From Dimorphilus gyrociliatus (taxonomy: Eukaryota > Animalia > Annelida): 64,000 bases of DNA. How positions within the stretch are numbered: position 1 is the first letter of the stretch; each line of letters opens with the position of its first letter. The notes below the pieces were generated by a model. The model was given only the letters and a program-made list of their open reading frames with translations, made no database searches and had not been told where the DNA came from. The position numbers and the translations under genes were made by a program. The DNA is taken from assembly GCA_904063045.1 (NCBI GenBank), contig CAJFCJ010000009.1, positions 1,096,942-1,160,941 on the forward strand. The letters run 5' to 3'. This document shows, piece by piece, positions 24,001 to 36,700 of this stretch.

Positions 24001-26559
24001 CTTACACAATTGACAATATGATCCAAAAACTGGTATTGTGTGTTTTGCTGTTGTCATTTTTTCCGATTTAATTCAATTTTCACGTAAGGAAGAACTGCTA
24101 TGGTTGAGTGTTCAACGCTGAAAAAGGAACGAATTCGTTCAGAGGTGTAAAAATCAATCTGCATTGATCAATATTCCTGTCAGCGCAGCATTTTGATTAG
24201 AAATTGAGTGCGCATGTTCACTCATCGTAAAAAGATCTCAATTGAATGCTGACTTATGAAATATAAATTCTTTAAACCTTAATTTATAAATAAAGTGACA
24301 TGCGCAAAGTCTGAGTCAAAAATAGCCTATCCCATGTAAATATTAACAACGTAATTTATCGAAAACTCTTTAAAATAAATTGCGATTTATCTCCCGCCAA
24401 ATAAAAAGCAGTAGGCAGACGACAGGATGCTGCAGGAAATTTTACCGAAAAAAATTAGCTTTAATACAACGAAATTCAGAAATATATGGTTGATAATAAA
24501 CAATTACGGGTTAGTACTTTGGTTGAGTTACAAAAATACAAAACAATAGTACTCTTGGAATTTGTACATAAAAAATATATAGTAAACGCCTTCCAATACA
24601 AATCAGTTCCCATGATTGGTTAAAAACAGTGGTCTTATGTCTTTAAATAAAACAAAAAAAATACTCTTTTACCTTAATAAAAAAAAAATCAGCTTTCACA
24701 CTTTAATACCTATTGTTGATAGATATTGAACTGTGTTAAGCTTCGAGATGTGTTAATAATCATATCAATTTTGGCCTTATCAGATAACAAAGAACCTATT
24801 GAATAGCATATAAATTGTTAAAGTGAAAAATCTTCTGTTTTTCCTTCAAAATTTTAAGGGAACAATGAGAAAAAAGTAAGCAGCATTTTGTCATCGATTG
24901 TTGGAAAACATCTCGACATATAAAACAGTCCTTATATTAAGGCCTATGAAATAATAAACAGGATATGGTCTAAATCGTTGTACTGCGTGATAAAAGATTT
25001 ATAAAACATCTATTTAAAACGTTGTTTGCTATTTTAATCCCATTCTAATAACTATTTTGCCTTTATGTTTTTCAGGTTAAATGATTTAACCCTACTATCC
25101 CAATTGACCTTCATATTCATTCTATCATTTGCCGTCTCTCTAATTTTTGTTCACTTTACTATCTACTTGAGAGGATCAACCTATTATCAGACAATTTCAA
25201 AAACACAATTTCATCATAATTCTATTCTTAGAGTCAACACATCAATGTTCGTGAGATAGATAGAAAATAGGGATGCTATTAGTTATTCAACTGATGTTAG
25301 CCTCCTTCCTATTATATCTGAACTGTGATCAACTTAGCAAATCAAAAACCTAATACGGACTATTGTTGGAACTTTCAATTTTTTTTTAGAAATTAAATTC
25401 TGCTTTTTGCGTATTTTTGCCAACGTTCAAGTGTTTTTTTTGTATTGTAGAATCAGCAATATATAATGTTATATTTATTCAATTAAGGCAGGGAGCGAGA
25501 GAAAGAGAGAGAAAAAGAAAATGAAAAGATTAACAACCTCTCGTTCAGCAGAAACTTGAAGAATTAAAATCAATTTTTCTGTTCACAATTTAAAGTACAA
25601 TAAATTTTAGGATATTTTACTGAATACAATGAAAATTTCGAATAAAAATAGTCAAATATTTAAAAAGTTATTGAACCGTTAAACTAAATTACTTTTAAAT
25701 TTACTATCCCTATTGACTTTTCGTTCGATCACCAACGTAAGGAGAAAAAGGGGCTGCATAAACGAGTAATTTCCATTTTAAATAAAGCGTCCCGTTGATA
25801 GGCTCAATCCTAAGGCCAATAGAAACAAGAAACTCCCATTTCAATGGTCAATAATAGATATAGAATGGCTAATTAAGTAATTAGATAATAAAAAAAAGAA
25901 TAAAGGAATGGAAGGAGGGGAAAAATTTTAATGAATGACACAAGTTTTCCACATATATTATATATACAATATATCAACGCCATAATATAAACAACGATCG
26001 TATACATTGACAAACTTTTCAAAAAGAAAACAATCAACAATTTTACAAAAGAAAATTGTAAAATATTAAATATTTTTGCTTCTGTTGGTTAATATTAAAA
26101 GCTATTGTTGATTATTTAACAATTTAACAAGATATATTGTCATAGAATAGTTTTTATACTAAAAAAAGATAAAAAAAATGAGAAAAAACGCACCATTCAC
26201 ACTTATACTCCTTAAAACAGAGCATAAATTAGTGTATTTAATATATATAGTGTATATAAATTAAGTCCGTAGTTTTAATTATTAGAATGCTTCTAAATGA
26301 CAAAAACTTTCATTTATTTTATCTCTTTTTCTTAAACAATAGGACTATTAATTTTCTTCATTCGACAAAACTACAAGACAAAGATATCAAAATAATAAAA
26401 AACAAAAGTATAATTTTCGCAATTTTTTTTTCCTTCTTTGCTTTTTCTTTACAAAGAAACAAAAAAAAAGAGAAATTAACACTGAAACAGACACTGAAAA
26501 GAAAATTTTACTTTTTTTTACTTTCTTTTCGTTTTATGTTAAAAATAAGAAAAATAGAA

Positions 26560-29142
26560 TTAATCTTCTTCCAACAATCGCATAAAAACTCTGAAATATG
26601 ATCCTTCATCGCTTTCATTTGTATCTAAAGCAAATGTAGATTTATCTTTTATACTGTGAACAACCTGATCGGTAACTAGAACATATATTCCATCTTTTTC
26701 TATGGTATATACTTCTCCTAATAGGCTAATATCAACGCCTAGTAAAATCGCAAGTTTTTCTTTTAATTGGGAAATTGTAGTGTTGTCTAAATAAATTGCG
26801 TGATAAACATTTTTTCTAGATAATTCGAGATTCTTTCTCTGTTTCTTAAAATAGTAAGCTTCGTCATCTGAAACGTTACCATCATTTTCTTTGTGACGCT
26901 TTGAGGTGGGATTGGGAACTTTTATTGGAGGATTATCCCTGAAAGCATTGCCGGAGAAATTACAGCGTTTTCCCTTTACTAATTTTCGAATTGGCTTGAT
27001 ATCCTAAAAAAAATCTCTCTTTGATGTAAGCTATAGAAATTGACTATAATATTATTATACCTTAGTAGTGTTAAATTTAAGAGATGTTAGCAAAGTATCT
27101 TCATCTGCTGAGGAGAGCGAACCTTCAGATCTTACTCTCGTTATTGTATGCTCTTCTCCTTTTTCGCTTGCTCTTCTACTTGATCTAGTTTCTTGACATA
27201 CAAACAGAGTTAATCTTGGCCTCACATTTTTCACTTGAAGAGCGTTGTCTAATCGAATACCATCAGCTAAACCGCAAATTTGTATTAACTCGTCTCTTGT
27301 CAACCGAAGTAAATCACTGCCGGAAAAATTCTCAAACACTCGACTATAACTTGAAAACCTAATGTTAGTAAAGAAAAAATATTGTGGTTTAGTAATTGTC
27401 TTCCTTAGCGCAAAGTTCTAACAAAGAAATATTTTATACCTGTTATTATTTAACCAATCAACAACTTCAGCCGAAGTTGAATTCGCAGAAACATTTGAAC
27501 TGATAGTCTTTATTGTGGTTGAAGCAGTTGTAGTAACATTTGTCGTTGTTAGACATTTTACCGTTCCTGAAGGACTTGCTATAGGGGTATTTGATGGAGT
27601 GTCTGGCGGATTTTCTAATTCAAAGTTTACAGTTTTTGGATTCATAATCAAATAATGTTGAACGACTTCAAGAGGTACATCTACTAATTTCGTAACATTT
27701 GATACAGGTCTGTATTTAGCACGTTCAGATTCTGGCTTTTTTTCAATTTTCTCCCTATCTGTTTTATGCTTTCTATCAGCTCCCTTTGGTTTGAAAACTT
27801 TAATCTGAAAAAGTATATTAAAAAGTGTTATATAGTTAAAAGTAAAATTATTCAAAATCTTTTTCACCTGACAAGCTGCACAGTGTAAAATTTTCTCTCC
27901 ATTTTCAGTATACGTTTCTACTTGAATTCTAAATGGTACTCCTTTCTCTCCTCCGTGTTTTCGTTGCGTGAATTCAGTGCTTATACAATGAACCTTTATA
28001 AATAAAGAACATTTCTCGCTCCAATGAACTGTTACTGCATTCAAAACATCTGGATGCACTACGATATCTGTTATGCCAAATGATAAGGGAACATCAACAT
28101 CCATAAATCTTCTTCCGGGATGATCGTTCTTCCAACTTTCTAACTGCTCTTTTTCAGAATATTGCATTCTCCTTTCATGAAACAGAACCCTTACGATGCT
28201 CTGGAGAGGACCAATACTGTAAAAACATTTTGTTCGCATTGAAGTTGATTCTAGGTGAATTATATTTTTTACCCATTGTCCTTTCTAGCAAGCTTCAATT
28301 CATAAGATTGCGCTTGATTAAGATACGTGAGAGTTTCTTCTGTTTCCTTAGTAGCGGCAGAAGTTGCAGCAACCAAAAGATAATCTAAAGGAATCTTTTC
28401 TTCAGCAGTTGATATAATAAGAGTAGAGGCATGTTCTATCGTATCATTTTCATCTTCATCCTTAAATTTCGGTAGTGCATGTAGAGCATCGCTGTTAAAA
28501 AAGGTTAATTAATAAGATATGACTGGACTAATAGAGGAAATTGAAGGTTTCGTATAGGTTAATTTAAAAAATTTTAATTGGATCTCTCAATTGCTTTTTA
28601 AAAAAAGAAAAGAAATTAAAATAAAAAGAGCAATTCTTCAAGATATTAAAGTTTAACAAGTATTGAAAAAAATAAGATATTAATTATCTTAATGATCAAC
28701 AAAACAAGAAATAAATTGGGAGCAGATACTTTTAAAAAAAAGACAATTCTTTTGCTCTGAATAAAAGAAAGCTCTTCTCAGACCATCTAATAGAATATTT
28801 TATTAGACTGGATTCAAAAAAAAATAATATTAGATATCTAAGAGCAGAATATCATTTTCATGCAAACTTGGATATAATATCCTCACATGGGTCAATCTCA
28901 AGAGGATAAATATAAAAAATATTTAGACGGACGTAGAATTTAATAGTGATAGACTTGATTAAGTTATTTCTAAAAGAGTGTATATTCAAGGTATACTACC
29001 TCATGTTATATGTGTAATTGTTAACATCAAAGCCAAGTCCCTGCAGGGATCCCTCGAATGTATCAGCCAATCCATCATTTATTTCATCAGCTTTAATAGA
29101 ACTGAACAAGGAGAGTAGATTTGCGTTATGTTCGTTTGACAT
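26560..29142 (-). CDS. TFCP2: LSF/CP2-family transcription factor (TFCP2/UBP1 type) with CP2 DNA-binding domain, SAM domain and C-terminal YHAIYL domain; 5' end may extend upstream
   Basis: [85 protein letters not shown]; stop TAA at 26562-26560. Confidence 0.9.
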
Positions 29143-30759
29143 TACCTAGAGAGGAAACAAACTAATAGTCTTTTGTAATGAATGAATCTGCATTGAAATA
29201 TTAGCAAACATGTTTGTGTTCAAGTAAACAAACGGGCGATAACGTGGGAAATAATTGAAAATCATTATTTCTCTAAATCTTATAAGAAGAAAATATAACT
29301 ATTTTATAAATAATCTACAGAGACTTAAAATTCACCTTTTAGTGAGGATGATTAAATATAGACTACCTGTAAATATGTGTTATAATGAAACTTTCACTTA
29401 CGTTTGTCTCTATGTCGTCTGCTAAAAATGTAGGATCGCAGGACTGATTGTTTTTATTGTGCAACGGATGTTATCAATTGAATAAATTGTACCGTTTGAA
29501 ACAATAATTTCTTAAATTAAGAATTTCACAATTTGATACTTTTTGATTAAGTCTGTTAAACAGTTTTAAAAAAAACCTTAAATATCAGTCAGATTGAATA
29601 ATTCAATTGTCTATTACATAACTACTGGCAAATGAATTGACCAATCATTAGTATGGCAAGATTTACATAAAACAAACTGGGTTACATTTCGTATCCTCCA
29701 AAATTTGAAGGAAGGATCATTTATTCTATCGTTTAATTTATTACTGAAAATAGCTTCGATTTTTTCAAGTTTCGGAGGGAAATTAATGCGGACCGAGTTT
29801 CAAACGAAATGTGTTCCTTTATACAGTATCCTGCAATAAGTCACATTTTGTCGTCATAAAAACAGAAAAATATATACATACTCTTGAAAAGTCGGATCGA
29901 GCAGTTGCTTATATGTTTTATTGGAATATGGATATTTCCTGGTCCGATTGAAAGAAATAGAATTATAGAAATTGTGATTTTATAAAATCTCCTATTATCG
30001 TGCACTTGCTTAATTTAGAAATTTGGCAACAGCTTAATATATGTTTATTTTGATTTTCATTTATAATGAATAGTTGAAAGTTGGCTGAACTACATACTTC
30101 TATCAAATATGGTAATATTTTTGTAAAAAGATTTTGATATTCCCTCAATGAACTAGTGTACTTTACTATCTCTTACAAGGGCAAGATAAGAAAATAAGAA
30201 TTTGAAACGAACAAAACAATATAAAAGTTGTCTTTAGTTTTAACTATAACCTAAGTTTTTAAGAAATTTATTATCTAATTTTACGATTTAAACTTAGAAT
30301 AAGTTACGTAAGAATAGAATCGATAAAAAGAAACATAAGATGCTCTGTTAAAAATAATTCTTAGAAAATCAAAACAACATTGATTTCTTTATATGTTTGC
30401 ATTTTTAAAGAAAAATGCGCCGTCATTCTTTGTAGTTGACTAAAAAATGACTCATAATATAATTATTAAATTGCATAAATATTTATATAGAATATTAATA
30501 AGTATAATAATAGGGTTTATTGGCAAATTAACGACTGTTTATAAAAGAAAATTTTAAGATAATTATTAAACACTGTAGGAGATTTCAATGAAGAAATCTT
30601 TTGTTATTTTAATTGGTTAATATATGATGGAAAGATATATGTTCTATATTTCTTCAACAGTTCACAAATAGTTGACTTAGTTATAATCAGAAACATTACT
30701 TACATACTACTAAAAACTGATGTTATCTATATGTTATCTTTATCTATATACAGTCTGGC

Positions 30760-33700
30760 ATGCTTGGTAATCTTACGGCTTGGGTGCTAAATACATATTT
30801 AGGAGAATATGTTGAAAATTTCGATGCTAGTCATTTAACCATTGGTTTATTACGAGGTTAATTTTAAAACATTTTAAATAGCAATTATATTCTATTGAGA
30901 TATTGCAATATAGGTCAGGTTGAGTTAGAGGATCTGCCCTTGAAGAAATCTGCATTCGATAAACTTGGTTTGCCAATTGAAGTTAAATCTGGAATTATTG
31001 GCAAAGCCACGCTGAATATACCTGTTAGACAACTAAAAAGTCAACCTTGGATAATACGTTTGAGTGATATATATGTAGTTTTAGGATGCTGTGATGAGTC
31101 TAAGGTAAAATTACAGTTTTTTTTGTATTATTTAAGATTATGACATTATATTTTAAATAAAATATCACCTTATTCTAGTTTAATGAACAAGACTTAAAAA
31201 AATCTCTTCAAGAATGGAAATTACAAAAATTGAAGATTTTAGAAGAAAAATGGAGAGAAACACAAGGAACAAAACAAAACTCCGCATGGTGGTGGTCATA
31301 TGGAACATCATTTGTCTCAAATATTTTGGAAAACGTTCAGTTAGATTTAAGTGGTGTTCATATACGCTTTGAAGATACAGGAAATCTTATAGGAAAACCA
31401 TTTGCATTTGGTTTACAATTTGATTCATTGTCTGCAAAAAGTACTGATCATGACTGGGTAAAAGTCTCAATTTTTTTTCATATATTCACTATTAAATTAA
31501 AAAATTTCATTTAGATACCAAAGTTTGTGCATAGAGCGGAAACAGATATTATGAGAAAATTACTTGATATAAAAGATTTTGCTATATATTGGAATGTTCA
31601 ACCTTCACAATTCTATTGTAATCTTGAAGCAAGAGAGTTGATAAATGAATTAAATAAACAGTCTAACCTTGAAAATCAGGTTAAAAGAATTTCTATAGAA
31701 AATTACATAACCACATGTATATATTTAATTGTTTAATAATATCCAGGATATCGAGAATCTAATTCCACCGTTAAGTTTAAAGGCAAAAATGCAAAGAAAT
31801 ACACAAATGGAGGCGTTAAAGTCACTTTCAACACCTAGAATTGCCCTTGATATTGTCATGTCTGATTTGCCTGTAAATCTGTCTAGTAAACAATACTCTC
31901 AATTTATAAGATTAACTCGAGCAATAGAGAAGTTAGAGAGAAAACAGAAATATGCAAAATGGAAACCTCAAGTTCCTATTTCAAAAGGGTAAATATTCGG
32001 TTTTTTCTATTTTTACCTAAACAATGAACAAACTTTTTCAAATGACAGCCCAAAAGAATGGTGGAATTTTGCTATTAATTGTCATCTAGAAGAAATTCAT
32101 CATTCTAGAGAAGTTTATACATTTGAGTTTTTACTAGAACGCGCAAAATTACTTGTTGGATATGTAAAAGCTTATGAAAAACAATGGAAACAAGAATACG
32201 TTGATATTAAATCAGAAGTTTGTACTTTCTAGTTAACATTTATTATGAATATTATCTTTTCAAATTTATAAATTTTTAAAACTTTAGGAGTTTTTGAGAG
32301 AAGCTGAAGAAATATTTAATTTTGATCAACTAAAATACTTAAGGGAGATTGCATTAAAAAGAGCGGAGAGAACAAAAGTTTTACAGGAAGATCAAGCGAA
32401 AGCTGAAACTGAAAAAAATGTTGAAGCTAAACAAGAAAATAGTTGGACAGGATATTGGTTTAGTGGTTGGTATGGAGGAAAGAAAGATGAATTACCGGAG
32501 AAAAAGCTACCGGATAAAATAGCTGGAGGTAAATTAAGCTAGATCTAATATTATTAATTAAAAATATATTTTTATTAATGCATTTCTTAAAATAGCTATT
32601 GAAGAGAAAGAACTAGAGGATTTTATCGAAAGTATAAAAGAGACAATCGATAATGATACACTACTTAAACGAGACGCTGTCTTTGCGAAATTCTCTTTCA
32701 GATTGGAAAATGCTCAGCTAGGGCTTTTCACAAATCGTAAATAACTTAATTATACATGAGATGAAGATTATAATTTTAATATATATTTTCTCTTTTAAAA
32801 TAGAAACTAAAGACAGTCAAATAGTCGAATTTGCTGCTAAAAATTTGATACTTCAATCTGAATGGCGACCACGAAGTTTAAGCTATAAACTAAATATGAG
32901 CGTGCAAAGCATTCAAATTAATGATAAAACCAATTCGAATTCTTTACTCCCTTCTTTAATATCGCCTCAAAGAAAAGTGGTTTGTAACAGTCAAATTATT
33001 TATGGCTGTTTAATATATACTTAATTATCTATTTTGTATTATATTTTAGGATGCCAGCTCCTATCGCTCAATGTTATCAACCCTCTTTAGGCCTCAATCA
33101 CCAATACCAACACCTTCACCAACAGGATTCTTTGGTGACGAAAAGCTATTTGAATTAACATTTGAAAAGAAGCCTCCTAAGTCAAATTCTGATTATTGGT
33201 AATGAATTTCATAAAATAAGTTTAATTAAGTTGCATTTGAGAGATAATTATATTGAATACTTTATTCTTTAATAGCTTTGAACTGAAAACACGACCACTT
33301 GATATTGTCTACAACGCTAAAATATTGCAAAAGATACGAGACTTCTTTTCCATAAGACGGTCATTACTCTCAAGCGAGGCACAAGAAGATGCCTTACTAG
33401 CGGGTAATGCTTTGTTTATATTAATATATAATATATGTTTTATAAAATAAAGAATTTACATCGATTTTGTATCTTTCAGCAATTACTAGACGAAAATTTG
33501 ATGAGTTGAAGAAACAGACGGCTGAAGGTTTACAAGAGAAATTAGACGAATTAATTGAAGGATCAGATGCCGTAATTATCTTAGTTATTTGTAATAACAG
33601 AATTATTTTAAAAATTTGCACATAAATATATTTTAGATAACATCAAAGAGATGGCAGGTTAACCTTGATGTTGCAGCTCCTCAAATCATTGTACCCGATT

Positions 33701-36700
33701 CGTTTGACATAAAGCCAGCAACTTATGTTGTAATTGGTCTTGGTAGATTACAATTTCACAACGTAACAGCTGGAATATTTCGAAATGAAAGTCAGTCAGA
33801 TATTAATGAAGATGATGATGAAGGTATAAATAACCAGTTGTTGTCATCAATTATAATGCTATTATTATTATTCTTACAGAAGATTTTTTCGTTACGCCAT
33901 CATCTACACCACCTACAGAAAGCATGCCTCCTCAATCATTATCCGATTTAAGGGCTGACTCAGATTTATCACATCAAGCTCTACAAGAAAAAATTTACGA
34001 AAAATACATACTTAACCTATCGGATGCCCACGTTATGATTGGTACCAGTAATGATAATTGGAAAAATGCATTAAATAAAAATTCTAGTATACTACATTGT
34101 ATTGATAGATTTTCCATTAGTTTACAAATTGAAAGGTAACGAACTTTTACATTTTTGAAATATTCATTAATTATACTTGCACTATTTCAGGCGGCTAATT
34201 CATTCAGATGATCCCGAATGGCCAAAATTAACACTTTCAGGGAATGTTCCAGCATTACAGCTACATGTTAGCGAATCTAAAATAAAGGCATTACAATTCT
34301 GCTTCAAACTATTTGCAAGTAATCCAGAAATTAATCTTAAACGAAAAACACCCAATGAGATTACAAGAAGCGTTTCCAAAGAGACAGCTATGTATCAAAG
34401 TGTATATAGCTTGTATAGTAAAAGCGTATTAAAGTTAGTAAGAAATAATAGTAAAAATATAGTTTTAAAATGGTTTCTGACAGTGTCTCTAGCTATTCGT
34501 CCTCTAATGAAGATGAAAAGAAAAAAATTGCCGAATCGAAACTGTTTCTTATGCAATTTACGGTTAATAAGATGTCTTTAGAAGTTCAGAGTCAAGGTTT
34601 TTACTTTTTATTTCTCCTCATTTCCCTTTTTAATTGTTATTGAGATTTGCCAAAGATTTGCAAAAGCTCTATAATATTTTGGGATAAAGCATAGTGATTA
34701 TACGAGGCCGAATTATTATTTAAAGAAAAGTCTATCGGTGCGATTTCTAATCCAAAATCAAATTTTCTTTAGGTAGACCGATTGCTGAATTACAAATATC
34801 TGGTGTCAGAGCTAACTTTACTAAACGTCCATATGATTTGTCAACTTGTTTGACAGTACATAGTCTACTTGTGGCAGATGCAATGCAAACTTATGGACCT
34901 GATTTTGAGCTATTAGTTGCCTCTCATCGAAATTTATGGTTTGTAATGCCTTATACAGCACATTATAATATAAATTAGTCTTCTTTTCATTTAGTCTGGA
35001 TAGTAGATCTGGAAGTATACGAGATTCTGATCCTAACTCTCCCATACTAAAATCACCTGCTAGTCCTAGTTCACCAGGAGAAATAGACCTACCACCAAAA
35101 CAGAGATCCAGTTTCACAAGTATTCATCATATGTTTATGAACGCCCTGCAGAATGTTACAGGTAGCTATATTACGACTATAGTAATCATCACTGTGTTAA
35201 TGTACTTTTAAATGACACTTAGGATCTAAAAATTATGAATCATCGATGAGAACAGCGTCACCTCCTATAATTGATAGTGAAGCTTTGATAAGTGTCGAAA
35301 TCGAAGTTATCGAAAGGAAAGATGAAGAAAGTGATCCAATGATAATTGGAAATCTTCAATTTCATAGTTTAGATTTTATTTGTAAGTTTATATATTTTAT
35401 CAACTTAAAGTCATTTAAAATATCTTCATTCTATAATTCAAAACAGTCAATCAAGAAACCCTTATCGAATTACTTAGTTTCTATAAAACTGTTCTTCCAT
35501 CTACAAAATCTCTGCAGAAACCTTCATCAACTGCAGTTGACCGTGTTGCTAAAACTTCCGGCTATTCAATTGAGCTAACAGCAGATCTCAGACGTTTAAA
35601 CTTATTGTTAATGAGAACGCAACCTATTGGACAAATGGTTCGTGGAGTTAAAGTTGCAACTGTGGCTGTAACCGGTGGTAGGGTTGGAACAACAGTAACA
35701 GGAGGATCTGTAGAATTAAAAGGATCATTGGATGGAATGGAAATCGTAAGTGTTCTAGACGAAAATAAACAAACAGTATTTTGTGTTGGGGGCAAAGAAG
35801 AAGTTGTATTAGAAGAGAGTGAAAAAGCTTGCGATTTCGAATTTTATAAGGATGATTCTGAATTTTCTGCCCCAAAGGTCAAAGTCCACATGGCATCTCT
35901 ATGCTACTTTCACAATCCAATAGTCCTGCAACAAGTTTCTTTCTGCTTAGATCAATTCCAAGAACAAGTTAGAACATTAGCTGCACAGATTAAAAGTCAT
36001 GCAAAAGATTACGCTATGAGTATTGTAAAGCCTAAATCGACAAATATGACGTTCGACGCAATTTTTGAAACACCATATATAGTCTTACCTAAGTCAGCAA
36101 ATAGTAGTAGTGTTCTTATTGCTCAATTAGGAACAATAGATATGAAACATGATACACCTTTAGCAAATTCAACAATGATTGATGAAGGTTTGTTAGATAT
36201 CGTTATAAATGTACTATGTAGCTATCTTACTAATTATCTGTTTATCCATAATTTTAAAGGATTAGAAAAGTCAAATCTATTTTCTGTTGATATGAGAGAA
36301 GTTAAGATGTTTGCTGTTGATGGCTGTGATAGATTGTTGAATATTGGAGTGGAACAATTAATAGAGTATTGTCGTCGAGGATCAAAAATTTTACACGAGG
36401 CTAACTTGCTGTTCAATGTTGATAGACAAAATTTATCGACAGATATAGAACTCGAAGAAAGGCAAGAAATTGCAATAAGCGGGAAAATTATTACACCTAT
36501 AAAAATGACTTTAAGAAAGGATTCTTTTGAACAAATTTTAGCTACATTAAATAATTTAACACCTGAAAGCAATGAATTCAGTGGTAACTATTGTCTTTAA
36601 TATATTTATTTTGCTGCAGTAAAATTATAACATAAACCATATCCTTCCATTATTCTTTTAGATTCTTCTGCAGAGTTTGATACTATGAGTCTTGAAAGCT

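Noticed and set aside
25065-26601. ORFs 25065-25259 and 26287-26601, and similar ones at 46339-46647
   Set aside because: Low-complexity UTR or intergenic sequence with K/F/I-biased translation and no splice or homology support.
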